From the human T2T-CHM13v2.0 reference genome, Homo sapiens, in NCBI RefSeq assembly GCF_009914755.1, contig NC_060925.1: 64,000 nt of DNA. The stretch is one strand, 5' to 3'. Both the position numbers and the translations under genes were made by a program. The notes under the pieces are model-generated. The model did not search any database, had not been told where the DNA came from, and was given only the letters and a program-made list of their open reading frames with translations. Below, in pieces: positions 1 through 15,054 of this stretch. The first letter of the stretch is position 1. Each line of letters begins with the position of its first letter.

Positions 1-240
1 TTAAAACATTTGCTCTGAAGAACTTACCATTAAGAGAATAACAATAATAGTAAGACAAGCCACAGATTCAAAGAATATATATAAATTACGTATCAAACAA
101 AGATATATCCAGAATAGATAAAGAACTCTTAAAACACAATAATAAGAAAACACAATTTTTCAAATGGTAAAAAAATTTGCACACACACTTTTCCAAAGAT
201 TTATTTACCATTCAAGTGGTAAATAAGAATATATGAAATA
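1..240 (+). mobile_element. Old L1 (L1M-type) fragment
   Basis: tatccagaatagataagaactcttaaaacacaataataagaaaacacaatttttcaaatgg resembles the 3' part of L1 ORF2. Confidence 0.55.
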
Positions 241-714
241 CTAATACTGTTATTATCTTATAGTGAATCCATGGCTAAATTAGTTTACTTTTATTCTATA
301 TTTTCAGAATTTTGTGCTAAGAAAATGTATTACTTTTATAATAGAAAGATAAGTGTGATTTACAAATAACAAAGTTCTCTGATATATTGGTTTGACCACA
401 ATCAATATGTTACTGGCATTTAACTGCATCCAAACACATGGTAATAATCAAAACTTTGGGGTAAGATTTCAAGGAATATCAGATCATACTTCACCTTGCT
501 TTCTGGATATAAAGAGGACAAGAAGTTAATAAAACTTCATTTTTACACATTGAAGATTGAGGGGAAAACAGGCCTATACACTTGGATATACCCTTGGTGA
601 ATACTTATTATTTCTTGTTCAACAATCAGATCTTTCAGAGAGAGTTTACATGGTTAGTGAAACATTCCATAACTGAACCCCTTTCTTAGTTGAATTTATT
701 ATTTTCGGTTGTAG

Positions 715-831
715 GCATCAACCTACCAACTGGTGAATGTTCCATCTTTGGATATTTTGTGGATATAGAGCAATGTGAATTCATACCTTGGTCAGATTTA
801 GTTCCTAATGATCAGACACTAATTCAAAGAG
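715..831 (+). CDS. DNAH14: Dynein heavy chain exon (117 bp, phase 1-1): GINLPTGECSIFGYFVDIEQCEFIPWSDLVPNDQTLIQRG
   Basis: ttgtag|GC acceptor, AG|gtaaga donor; matches the dynein 'P..G.vfdyf......W' segment before AAA3. Confidence 0.9.
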
Positions 832-2359
832 GTAAGAATAATTATAAGAATCATACTTGTAACGTTAGAATATTGGGTATACTCTATTCATAAAAGTAAT
901 TATATCTACTCTATTTATAAAAGTAATTATATCTGCAACTTTGAGGACTAATATGTTTGTGTAGAGACCAGTTTAGATCTATGTTTACAAAACATATCTT
1001 TAAAAACATAACCTTTGAATATTACTTTCTGAGAAATTTAGAGTATATTTTATTGAATTAAATGCACATTGTAAAACTGTAGCACATTGAAAGTCTTCCT
1101 AAGAGCACTATTTATTTCAATTAGCTGTAATTATTGGGACAAGAAAATGGAAAGGACTACTTGTAAAATGTGAAAAACATATATGTAAAAACTTACACTT
1201 AATTATAAATGAAAATGCTAATTAGAAAAGAATAATCATAGTTTCACAAATATACATATATGCTAAATTGTTTTTATTCCCAATCTTCTGCATCTACATA
1301 TAGCAGAAAAAAGAAACTTGTTGCACTTTGAGAGCTTGGTAGAAATTTGAGGCAGAGGCAGGAATCTAATAATCAAGCTTCTTTAGAGTTCCTGCAAATA
1401 TTAGAAATTTAATAAATACAAATTGAATTGCTTTGAAGTCAGATTTCTCTCATAAAAGAATTTCAGAGTTGGTTGTAAGAGCTTTTGACAGCAAACAACC
1501 AGAGCTATCAGAATGCTAAAGCATCCAGAGAGTTTTAACTCTACATTTGTTTTCGTTGGAAATGCCAAGACTATTTTATTCAATATTTTGTTACAATAAA
1601 TATTAGCGGGCAATCATATTTGTTTACAAGCTCCGAACTGTATTTCATATGTTAGTGCTGATATTGACTGACAGCCTTAGCTTTTTACCACTATGTAGAA
1701 AAGTATAACTGAATATCATTTGCATGTGACTCCACATCTTAGTATACCACTCACACGGGAAACCAAAGCTGTTTTCTCCAAATCTAGAACATTACTTCCT
1801 CTGGCTGCCACTTCCTCTAATTGCAGGCAAAGAGCTTAGAAATAACTAAAACATTCCCTGACTTTCAAACCCAAACCTGTAACAAGAATTTAAATGTCAC
1901 CATGTAATTTTTTTCATGGTAAACCGCAATATGATAAATTGTTTGGACATCCTAGATGTGCTTCAAAAGTCTCCTTTTATGGTTGAGTAGGATTTTTTTT
2001 CTTATACTTCTTTACTTAAAAAGAGTAATCCTAATCTGTTATCAGAAGATGTGTTTTGAAGGTCACCCAACATTCATTAATTTCTTTATTCATCCCACAC
2101 GTATTAATCAAGCTATTTTCTAATGTGCTTACCCTGTTTCTTGTGTGGGATTATAGAGAAACATGTAAGTGGTTCTTTCTTTAATAGCATGGTGGGAAAA
2201 TATAAAGGAAAATGATGAAAAAGTTAAATATTAATGTTACCTCTTGCATCAATACCCTGTGTGGCATTCACTGCCGCTTGTCACTCCCAACTCTATTCTT
2301 TCCTGTTTCTCTATCATTGGAAGATTCATCTAGGCACTTCATCATCCAGCTAAACCTCT

Positions 2360-3400
2360 CTTGTAGAGCAGTGTGGTTATGTGACCAGATTAGATCTAGA
2401 CAGCGGGATATGACTAGAGGTGAATCATGCAAATTCTAGATTGTACAATTAAAAAGAAAGGAATGTACACATGTTCTCCTATTTTTTTCTCCCCTTTCTT
2501 GCTCCTGAGATGTGGTGGTGAAACCTAAAGCAACCACCAAGAACCTAGATATGGAAAGTGCAGGGTAAGGACGGCAGGAAAAAATAGAATCCTGGATTCC
2601 TAACACTGTGGAGCTGACATATAGACCATGGGCTGTTACATGAGAGAGGAATCAAATTCCACCTTTAAAAGCCATGGTTATATTTGGATCTTTGTTAAAG
2701 CAGATAGAACTTGTATCATAATTAATACACATTTCAGTAGCTAGAAATGACACAATCACAGAAAAAATCCTGAAATACCTGACATTGACTTAAAAGTCAG
2801 ATGCTGGGCAATGAAGACACAATGTTGCAGGTGAATACAGGTGATCCTTTATATGCCATGGCCAAAAAATTGGCAACATTGTTAGCTGTGATATCTGGGA
2901 GACAGACCATGTGCTGTAACTCTAGGGAAAGTGGCTGGAAGATCAAAACGTTGGTGTGAATTGGCTACTTTTTGTCACTTTTACTGAAGTTCAATAAGAG
3001 AGGGATGAATTTAGATAAAAGTTAACTAGTTTTTAAGCAAAGATGAAAGATAATAGAGCTCAGGCAAGGGAGACTCTCTCTACCTGAAGCCTACAATCTA
3101 AAACTGAGAGTCCAGTATATTGGGCTCTCATAGTTTCAAAAATGTTAACTGTTTCTATCCCCCAAATATCAAAAGGAAGACTGTGGACCTAAGTTTTTCT
3201 CCAGAGCCTCACATTAGATGCTGTCTACTAGGTAGCAGCCAGCTCAACAGCAAAGGTCAAATTGAGGTATTGCCTACGCACCCAAACCTATTGTTTCAAC
3301 TCACGTCATGGTAGCGACTACTGAGTATAAGAAAACAAAGAATAAAGTAGTCAGAACTGTGTTTAGACAAGATCTTTTGGTGTGGTTGTTTGCACAGGGA
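2360..3400 (+). mobile_element. MaLR (MLT1-type) LTR (~2360-2729) followed by internal sequence
   Basis: LTR-like text ending ...taattaataca, then gatcctttatatgccatggccaaaaaattggcaacattg typical of MLT1-int; boundaries approximate. Confidence 0.55.
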
Positions 3401-4129
3401 ACTAACTGAAAGGGGAAAAAAAATGAGGCTCTCTCTTCTGGAATCCGTACTCTAAGGGTTTATAAGATATTGATATGTAAATCCCAATATTGAGTACTGA
3501 TGTGACAGACCATGACACAGAATTCTCTTTCTTGTTATCATGGGCAGGGGGTAGTTATTGGAAGGAAACATTTGCTTGCAGATTAAGAGTTGTGTGTTTT
3601 ATTTTGATTTCCACTAATGTTTGAGGAGTTTAAATGTGAATTTTGTAGTAATGTTCAATCCACAGCTAAGAGTGCTGAAAATTCTCCTTTATAGAAATTA
3701 TTGAGGCTACAATATCCATTTAAAGAATTACATGTGATTTTGATTGAATCAATCAAGTCATTGTATCATTAGGTTGGCTATTCAAGGATTAAGGATGTCA
3801 GAAATCAAAGCTTCCTTCCCTCCACTCTTTCTCACATACACACACACGTATAATTTAATCTGGGCTAATGAAGAGCTACACTCTCTATGTGAAGGTGAAC
3901 TGGATTAAACCAGCCCTTACATATCCAGGTACCCATAATCTGAGGCCAGATACATTATCCTACATCATCTAAGGAATCTCCAGTCTTGAATTGGGATTAA
4001 GGGAATCCCTGAGTAGTCTCCCAGCATCCAGTCAGAAGCCAATGGACATACTTTCTATAGAGTGGAACTATTATCCTACACTTTATATTATTCCTACAAA
4101 TAATATTTTCAAATTTAATACCCCTTTAA

Positions 4130-5340
4130 AGATAATTAGCAGAAACAAGATTGCAGCCACAAATTAATGAGACTTGGATGACTAGAATAAAGGTATATAT
4201 TCTCAGACAGCCATGCTTACCATTTATAAAGAAATAAAAAGAAAGATAGAAAATACCTGAAATGCAAGAGAAACTATTAAAAGCTGACACAATTTGAAAA
4301 AGAACCAAGTAGACCTTCTAGAAATGAAAAATACAACGGAAGTAAAAGTTCAATAAGAATAACAACAGAGTCTACTTAAGGGGAAATACTTGAAGCATTA
4401 CCATTAAAATCCAATTTTTAACTCAATGCTGTTTTGTGTATACGAGCCAATGCAATTAAAAAGAGGAATTAGAGATAGAAATTTGGAAAATAAGTGATTA
4501 AATTTTAATTATTTGCAGAAGTTATAATAAAATATCTGGAAAACCAAAGGATCAACTTAAAACTACTATAAGCAATAAGAGAATTTAGTTTTAGTCTAAT
4601 TACAAAACAATGTGTAAAAATAATCTTCCACACATATACAAACAACAACCAGTTACAAGGTAAATAATAAAAGAAAAGATCTTATTTAAAGTGGCAAAAA
4701 CAGAGAGAATTAGTGCGCACGTGTTGGTCATCCAGAAGTTACCACAGTGGCGGCTGGAGTAGGGTAGAAAACCGGAAGTAAACATTGCAAGATTGGCTTT
4801 GCTTCTGTGGGATGGATTTGGGGTCAACTGCGGCAGGATTGGGTAAGAAAATAAATAAATAAAATAAAATAAAATGGCAAAAGCAAAATTTTTAAAAAGA
4901 TGAAATACAGAAAACTAAGTTTAACGAGAAATATGCAAAAATCAATATGAAGAAAACTTGGAAACATTCTTGAGACATAGAAATAAAAAAGCATGCCATG
5001 TTCTTGGAGAAAAGCTATCATCCTAAATGGGTTAATTCTTCCTAAATTAATCCATGAAGTAAAGATAATTCCAATAAACATACCACATTATAGGTGTGGT
5101 GAGGACTATAGAAGCTGATTCCAAATTCCATACAGAAATGTTAAACAAGTAAGAGAGTAAGAGTAGCCAGGAAATAATGAGGACAGATTAGCTCAGTCAA
5201 ATATAATAATCAGAGTACTTACATAAAACACCAAGCAGATTACAAGAGCTAATTTGCTTAATATATAAAGGGACTTTACAAATCAAAGTAAAAGACCAGG
5301 AGCCCATTTGCTATTTTAAAAAAAAAACAGATAAAGACAG
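4130..5340 (+). mobile_element. Degraded old L1 fragments, interrupted by the 4703-4870 insertion
   Basis: A-rich L1-like text (atttgcagaa...ctggaaaacc; atgccatgttcttgga). Confidence 0.55.
4703..4870 (+). pseudogene. Short A-tailed retroposed insertion of non-repeat, promoter/5'UTR-like sequence
   Basis: Direct repeats aaagtggcaaaaaca (4688-4702) and aaaatggcaaaagca (4871-4885); GC-rich body 4703-4847; A-rich tail 4848-4870. Confidence 0.65.
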
Positions 5341-5908
5341 AATCTCTGGCACACAACTAAAGCATTTTAAGAGGAAAATTGATAGCACTAACTGTCCACA
5401 TCAAAGTCAGAAAGAGTGTGAGTGAGGGATAATTTCTGAGATCAGCAGAGACCCCCAGGCACTTGTAACAATTTTGGCTTATTTATGTATGTTTAAATTG
5501 TTTTGTAATGTGCAGACTTTTCCAGAAATTATTATGTATTGAGGACCTAAAAGTTAGGTGAATACATCCAGTCCACCATAGACTGCATCACTGCTTTGAC
5601 CTCTCCGGGGTTAGGGCATCCACCACTGGAGAACTGCTATAATGTGGAAATGCATGAATTTCTGTTGAGCAGCTAAAAGTGCCTCTAGTGTCCTCTGTGG
5701 TAATGAAAGTGATGATGAAAGTGACTTGCAGAATGACTTTAATTTAGTGGAAATGATTGCTTCTCCAATACATGCGACATTTAGGAACTCCTGGACATAA
5801 TCAATGGAGTTTTCTCAGGAATAGGAAGACTTTTAAGAGTAATGAACTAATAACTTTTATGATTGACTATATTGTGACATGATTACATTTTCCTGAAACA
5901 AATCTTAA

Positions 5909-6248
<340 letters not shown>

Positions 6249-6373
6249 AGCCATGTACTTTTCATATATACAATTAATGAAAATAAAATAATCCTAATGA
6301 CAAAAAAAAAAAAAAGATGAGGTGAATAGTACTTTCTAGGTCATTTGAAACTTTTTTTAAAATGTTAACTTAG

Positions 6374-6532
6374 GAACTTCATTACTAACTAATCTTCAAA
6401 GATCTGGCGGAAACTTCTTGAAGATAACAGAATGTGGAGAATGCATTAATTATACCGCTACCAGAGACACAACATGCCTTTCTTTTCTCATGAGCCTTCT
6501 TTTAAAGAATTCCTGCCCTGTACTTCTCACAG
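6374..6532 (+). CDS. DNAH14: Exon (159 bp, phase 1-1): GTSLLTNLQRSGGNFLKITECGECINYTATRDTTCLSFLMSLLLKNSCPVLLTG
   Basis: acttag|GA acceptor, CAG|gtatta donor; T.DT...L....PVLL.G leads into the AAA3 P-loop. Confidence 0.92.
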
Positions 6533-7534
6533 GTATTACAAATATTTAATAGAAGGAGAATTTCAGAGTTAGAAAAAGATTTACAGATATTTGGTCTAAC
6601 TATCTTATTTTGTAAGTGGGAAAAAAATATACACTGAAAAGTTTTGGTTACTATATTAATTTATTTTCTTACCAGCAGTTTATGAACACCCATTTTTCCA
6701 CATATTTGCCAAAATAGGACATTATAAATCTTTTTCATCTTTTCATTACCTGCAGGAGAAATTCCAGAAGTAGAGCTATTATATTAATAATATATGTTTG
6801 GCCTCTGTAGCCTGTGGGCTGAGGTTCTTATTGGTAACATTGATTGGTTTACTTACATGTACACATTCAATGGGATTCCCCAATCCAATATTAAGATTTT
6901 TCTATCTTTTACCATTATCAAAATAGTAATTCAATACAGCTCCTACTCTCTTTTAATGCGTATTTCAACCCATCAGTTACCTTTTCCAATTATCTAACTT
7001 GTGTTGCATAGCACCAGAGGCAATAGTATCATTTTCCCAGTTCCATATGCAGAGAATTAAGGCAATGTAACTCTCAGATAACACATACCTTGCCTCTAAT
7101 TTTGTCTAAGAAAATACTTATCTTTACTTTAATACTTAATGAATTGTAAAATCATTACAGAGTCCCTACTCTGATTGAACAAAAAGTTTATCATCAAATT
7201 TCTTCCTCAAATTGGGTTGGCAGAAATTTTTAAGGAATTATGTTTCATGTTGTAGTTCTGTGCTAAAGGATTAGCATGAACATTAGATAAAAATAATAGT
7301 TAACTCTTAATCTATTCTTTTGTAAGAGGTGTAAATAATTCAAACAATTTGAGAGGGTTTTATATTAACTTCCTCATTTAACCACTCTTAACCACATTTT
7401 TTTAAAAGGGAAGAACAAAAAAACACTTTTTATGCAATTTTCAATTGAGGGAGAATGTTATTGGTTCATTTTAATGTGTTAACATGTATCATTTTCTTGC
7501 ATATACATCTAACCTTGTGTATTTTTTCCCTTAG

Positions 7535-7667
7535 GAGAATCTGGTGTTGGGAAAACTGCTGCCATTAATCAAATGCTTGAAAAGCTAGAGGGTCCAGGAG
7601 CATTTGACATAAAACATGGTTCAATTTTAGGAGACACCCTATTATATAGTGAAATAAAAAAATCAAG
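7535..7667 (+). CDS. DNAH14: Exon (133 bp, phase 1-2) with AAA3 Walker A GESGVGKT
   Basis: ttttcccttag|GA acceptor, AAG|gttgta donor; GxxxxGKT in frame with the previous exon. Confidence 0.92.
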
Positions 7668-7849
7668 GTTGTATATACTAACTTCTAAATTTGATTTGTC
7701 TGATTTTAAAAAGTGTGCTTTAATATATAAATATGCCTGTTTTTAAAAAAAGCAAATCTGTTATGTAAAAATGCAGAATCATTCAAAAGAGGAGATAAGA
7801 AGAAAATCCTTTTTTTCCTGATTTCTCTTTTATTTTTTCCATTTAAACT

Positions 7850-10257
<2,408 letters not shown>

Positions 10258-10322
10258 AGAAGAAAATATTTACTTTTCAAAAGTATTAACAACTAGATTC
10301 ATTTATTTAAATGAGAAATTCT

Positions 10323-10362
10323 ACCCATGGCCATACCACCCTGAAAGTGCCCAATCTTGTCT
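10323..10362 (+). pseudogene. 5S rRNA 5' fragment (nt 1-40), tailless retropseudogene
   Basis: acccatggccataccaccctgaaagtgcccaatcttgtct matches 5S GTCTACGGCCATACCACCCTGAACGCGCCCGATCTCGTCT at 32/40; perfect 14-bp TSD aaatgagaaattct (10309-10322, 10363-10376). Confidence 0.9.
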
Positions 10363-10552
10363 AAATGAGAAATTCTTACATTTATTTTTAAAATAACCAA
10401 ATTTTAAGTCGATTTTTTTTATATAAAGGGCAGCTATAAACTATTTTCCTTCAGGAAAAATGCACCTAAAACATACAAATAAAGCTTTCCATAATATTGG
10501 TTTTTGTTGGCTTAGAAATATATGTCCTTATTATCAAATGTAAAAATACTCT

Positions 10553-11352
10553 ATTCTTCTTTTGAGAAGTGGCTGTTCATGTCATTTGCCTGCCTTTTAA
10601 TGGGTTTTTTTTTTCTTGCTAATTTGTTTGAGTTTCTTGTAGATTCTGGATATTAGTCCTTTGTCAGATGCATAGTTTGCAAATATTTTCTCCCATTCTG
10701 TAGGTTGTCTGTGTACTCTGTTTATTATTTCTTTTGCTGTGCAGAAGCTTCTTAGTTTAATTAGGTTCCATTTATTTATTTCAGTTTTTGTTGCATTTGC
10801 CTTTGGTGTCTTAATCATAAATTCTTTGCCTAGGCCAATGTCCAGAAGAGTTTTTCTTAGGTTTTTTTCTAGAATTCTTATGGTTTCAGGTCTTACATTT
10901 AAGTCTTTAATCCATCTTGAGATCATTTTTGCACACAGTAAGAGATAAGAATCCAGTTTCATTCTTCTATATGATGTGGCTATCCAATTTTCCCAGCACC
11001 ATTTTTGAATAGAGTGTATTTCCCCAGTGTATGTTTTTGTCTGATTTGTCGAAGATCAGTTGGTTGTAAGTATTTGGCTTTATTTCTGGGTTCTCTGTTT
11101 TGTTCCTTTGATCTATGTGTCTACTTTTATACCAGTACCATCCTGTTTTGATTACTATAGCCTTGTATTATAATCTGAAGTTGGGTAATGTGATGCCTCT
11201 AAGTTTGTTCTTTTTGCTTAGGATTGCTTTGGCTCTTCAGTCTGTCTTTGATTCCGTATAAATTTTAGTATTTTTTTAACCCTGTGAAAAATGACATTGA
11301 TATTTTTTATAAGAATTGCATTAAATCTGTAGATTGCTTGGGCAGTATGGTC
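10553..11352 (-). mobile_element. L1 (L1PB/old L1PA-like) ORF2 C-terminal fragment with no 3' UTR or tail
   Basis: ORF 10597-10962 is L1 ORF2 ([14 protein letters not shown]); flanked by 20-bp direct repeats (18/20 identical). Confidence 0.88.
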
Positions 11353-11605
11353 ATCAAATGTTAAAATGCTCTTGACAAATAACTTTGTCTCTGTCATTCT
11401 ATATGTTTCTTCCTGAAGAAAAAAAAAAGAACAAACAATAAATCTACCTTATGCAAATAAAACTAAAAATGTTTTAAGTTCCCAAGCCTGTTAAAATATT
11501 AGAGAAGCCTAGTATTGTTTGAATTACATAAGAAGATGGAATTGTGGAAATGCACATATCAGACTTTTCCTCTAATCATTAGACACATATATCCTACTAT
11601 GCGAG

Positions 11606-11681
11606 ATATATATATACACACACATATATATACATGTATATATACATATATATACACATATATATACATGTATATATATAA
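11606..11681. repeat. (TA)n/(TACA)n microsatellite
   Basis: Direct inspection. Confidence 0.9.
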
Positions 11682-11684
11682 TAC

Positions 11685-12045
11685 TTGGATATCTTATAAA
11701 CATTTCAATCTTAACATAACCAAAACATAACTCTTGATTTCTCTTCCAAACCTATCCTTCCTCTAGTGCTTCTTATCTCAATAAACGGGACGCAGTTATT
11801 CAAGCCTGAGACCTAGGAATCATCTTTGAATTTCCCCCTTTCCTCTCACCAATCTATCTCTTATAGCCCATCTGATTCCTCCCAATCCCTAGGTCCCCAT
11901 TTTTGCCCTGCACTACATCTAATATTCTACTAGTCATGTCTGTTCTATCTTCACATATATCTTGATTTCCTCTGCTTCTTTTCCAATGCCTCTTTTAGTC
12001 CAAGCCACCATCATCTATGTCTTACACTAATGATTTTGGAATAGA
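11685..12045 (+). mobile_element. L2 fragment
   Basis: caagcctgagacctaggaatcatctttga and tagtccaagccaccatcatct resemble L2 consensus. Confidence 0.6.
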
Positions 12046-12610
12046 ATCCTACTACACTTAAATAAGGCCTTAAACATCTGAGAAATAATTTTGAAATATT
12101 TAATACAATGAAAATCATTCTTTATCTAAGTATCATAAATAATGGAGACTGGAAAAAAGTAAGTTTTACTGTATACTCAATATTTAAGCTGAAGTGAGTT
12201 TTAACAATAGAGAAAGACAACTATTTTCTATCAAACATGAGAAAAACAAACACCTAGAAACAAGACCAAAATAAGATGAATGGGTCTTTGCTGAGTGATC
12301 CGTAAGGCAAATCACATTTTATAAAGGGATAAGTAAGGTAATGGCTTACTATCCAGAGAAAATATCTAACTGTCTGGCATCCTGGGAATTTGCCCAGTTT
12401 GTTTTATAAAGTTAGCTTATGTTTTGTTCAGTTTGGTATAAGTTCTTATGGTGACACTAATTTCATCTGAAAAGGTGGAAACAGAAAAAAAATTTTTCTT
12501 GTAAGAGTTAGAAGTAAAATTCACAATATGCTGTTACTTTTTTGTTGTTGTTTAATATACCTATTATGGTAAACAAACTAATTTTGAATCCTTAAAATAT
12601 TTCATTCCAG

Positions 12611-12675
12611 TAGCCTAAAACAGAATATCACCATCTTGATTCCTGAAACTCATAAGACAGCAACTGGAAGTTCAG
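12611..12675 (+). CDS. DNAH14: Small exon (65 bp, phase 2-1): SSLKQNITILIPETHKTATGSS
   Basis: ttcattccag|T acceptor, CAG|gtatat donor; supplies the phase 2 to phase 1 change needed between its neighbours. Confidence 0.8.
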
Positions 12676-13595
12676 GTATATATTATAGTACAGTTTCAAA
12701 GCTATGCTATGTTTCAAAACTTCACAACCATGTGTATATTATTTCTTACATTCATGGATCTCAGAATAATAATTTCAATTGGTAATTTAATATAAAAAGT
12801 CTCAAAAACTATCCCACACCCTCTCAAACTGTTCTGTCCTACTCAAAAGTTAGAATGGTTCTGGTAGAGGAGTATTACATCTGCTGATATAATAGGTATA
12901 TTACCTGATACTTGGTGGATATATCAGTGGAAGAGTAGACTAAGTCTAGAAGTAACTAAAGGCAATATCTGTCTATTCTACTGTTTGATGCTTTTAGACA
13001 TACTGCAATAGAAAAGGTATGATTCTGTAGGACTTCTCAAATCAGGCCATGCAATAGAAACATATGTGGAGTTTCAGGAGCCTCATCCTTGAAAATTCTG
13101 ACTCTCTAGTTTTGGGAACAGCAACTCCGTTTCTCAAGAGGAAAAGATGGAATGGCCTAGAGATAGCTGTAGAAAGGGGAAGGATGCCACACCACCAAAT
13201 CTTGCCAGAAGAGGTTTTGGTTTTGTTTTCACTTTTAAGTTGCTGTAGCTATAGCCTCTGGATGATCCTCACTCAGGGAATATACCCTAATTTTAATGCC
13301 ATTAGTGCAGACAGCTGCATGCTGCTTTTAGATCTTAAAAAGTTATATGTGTCTGTCGTGCATAAATGTATGGAGGACTCTTTGAGCTTTTGTACTGTTG
13401 CACTTGGTTGCAGAGATGCTGTTTACCATAAAATAGCAAAGAAATATTCCAAAGTTCTATCGGAGTAATTTCTTGAAAATGACAACAAAATAGTAAAATT
13501 ATGTAATTTTCAAATTTCATGACACATTAAAATAAGGCAAAAATGTTCTTAAAGTGTCCTAAATTTGTTTTTTCTTTCTATGTTTGGCATCACAG

Positions 13596-13783
13596 ATAAT
13601 CCCACTAAAAAGCCAGAAGTTAGAACTAATAAAAAGTTACTTAAAAATAATGATCATAAAGGAGTTGTAGTCTCTACAATAAATTTTAGCACCAATGTAA
13701 CAGCTGCCAAAACCAAGGAGATGATTCTTAAGAAGTTAATAAGAAGAACTAAAGATACTCTTGGAGCACCAAAAAACAACCGG
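13596..13783 (+). CDS. DNAH14: Exon (188 bp, phase 1-0): DNPTKKPEV...INFSTNVTAAKTKEMILKKLIRRTKDTLGAPKNNR
   Basis: cacag|AT acceptor, CGG|gtaaaa donor; INFS...LGAP motif of dynein AAA3. Confidence 0.92.
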
Positions 13784-15054
13784 GTAAAACACCTCTCATA
13801 CCTGTTCAATAATCTGCTTAGGCTAGTCAAGTGATAGTTTATTTTAATTAATACTAATCAGAAGAAAAATATTTGTGTAACACACATTTTTGAACATCAT
13901 AGAAGATGCAATGTATAACAGAAACTTTGATTTTCAGATCAATATTATTTTATTTCCAATATGTTGAATTATACTGATTCAGAATTATTAAGGCCAAAAG
14001 AAGCTACTGAAATCTTGCTAAAGAGAAGTAGACTGGAAAATGGGTTAGATGCCAACTGTTTTGTTACTGTATATTCTACCACACTTTCTTCCTGTGACCA
14101 TGGCTTGGGACTCTAAGAGTTTCAATTCAATTTCAGGAGCTTTTAAGGGTTTGCTTCAGATTTCCTTGATTTTAAATGAAGACACAGATAAACTTGGTCT
14201 TTGCCTACATAGGTAAACTTTAGGGATTTTGAAAAGGTGAATAACTGAGGAACCTAATCATACCAATAGAAAATGCAAGCAAGAGAAATTTCAGATAGTT
14301 TGTGATACAAAAGGGGAGAAACTGAGTGTCTTAATAAATATATATATATATATTGACAGTTACAAATTAGGTAATTACATAATTCCAAACATATGTCTAT
14401 TTGTGGGTTTTTTACGTTGCTTCTTTTGCAAAAATAAATACAGTCTAAAGGAGCTAGTGCACACAGAGATTACAATCAGTACACTTCAATGCACAATATT
14501 TTCAAAGGTGGACATTAACACAGGTTTAAAATTTGGAAATGTGTCTGAATTTTCTGCTTGTTGTTCATAACAACAGCATTTGCAGCAGAATTTTTTAAGT
14601 CTAGTTCCAGATGATAGCCTTATTCCTAAACCAGGGTGCATATGGAATAAACAGCTAAATACTACAATAGTGCCTTGCCAATAGTAGGCACTCAGTAAGT
14701 AAATCTTGAATGAAAAATAGCCATGTTCCTGTGTAATAGCCATAAATATATTGCTTTATCCAGCATCAAATACATTTCTAACTATTGTCAGACATAATTA
14801 TTATAGATCTATAGAAGGTGAATAGAGTGTCTGCTATTTTGAAAACTTACTGTTTTTAAAAATCATATCTTCCAAATAGAATTCATTCTGCTGTTTTTAA
14901 ATAGGAAATCAGACATGTTATTACATATGATTTTGTGCTTACTCCATAGCATAATATTCCTAATTTGTGCTTACCCCAACCATAATATTCCTAATTCATA
15001 ATTTAAAGAAAGGTGTACTAATATATATGTTTAAAACCTTTTGTCTTTCTTAAG

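Noticed and set aside
13064-13468. 134-aa intronic ORF
   Set aside because: No recognisable domain or dynein motif, and not needed for phase continuity between exons 12611-12675 and 13596-13783
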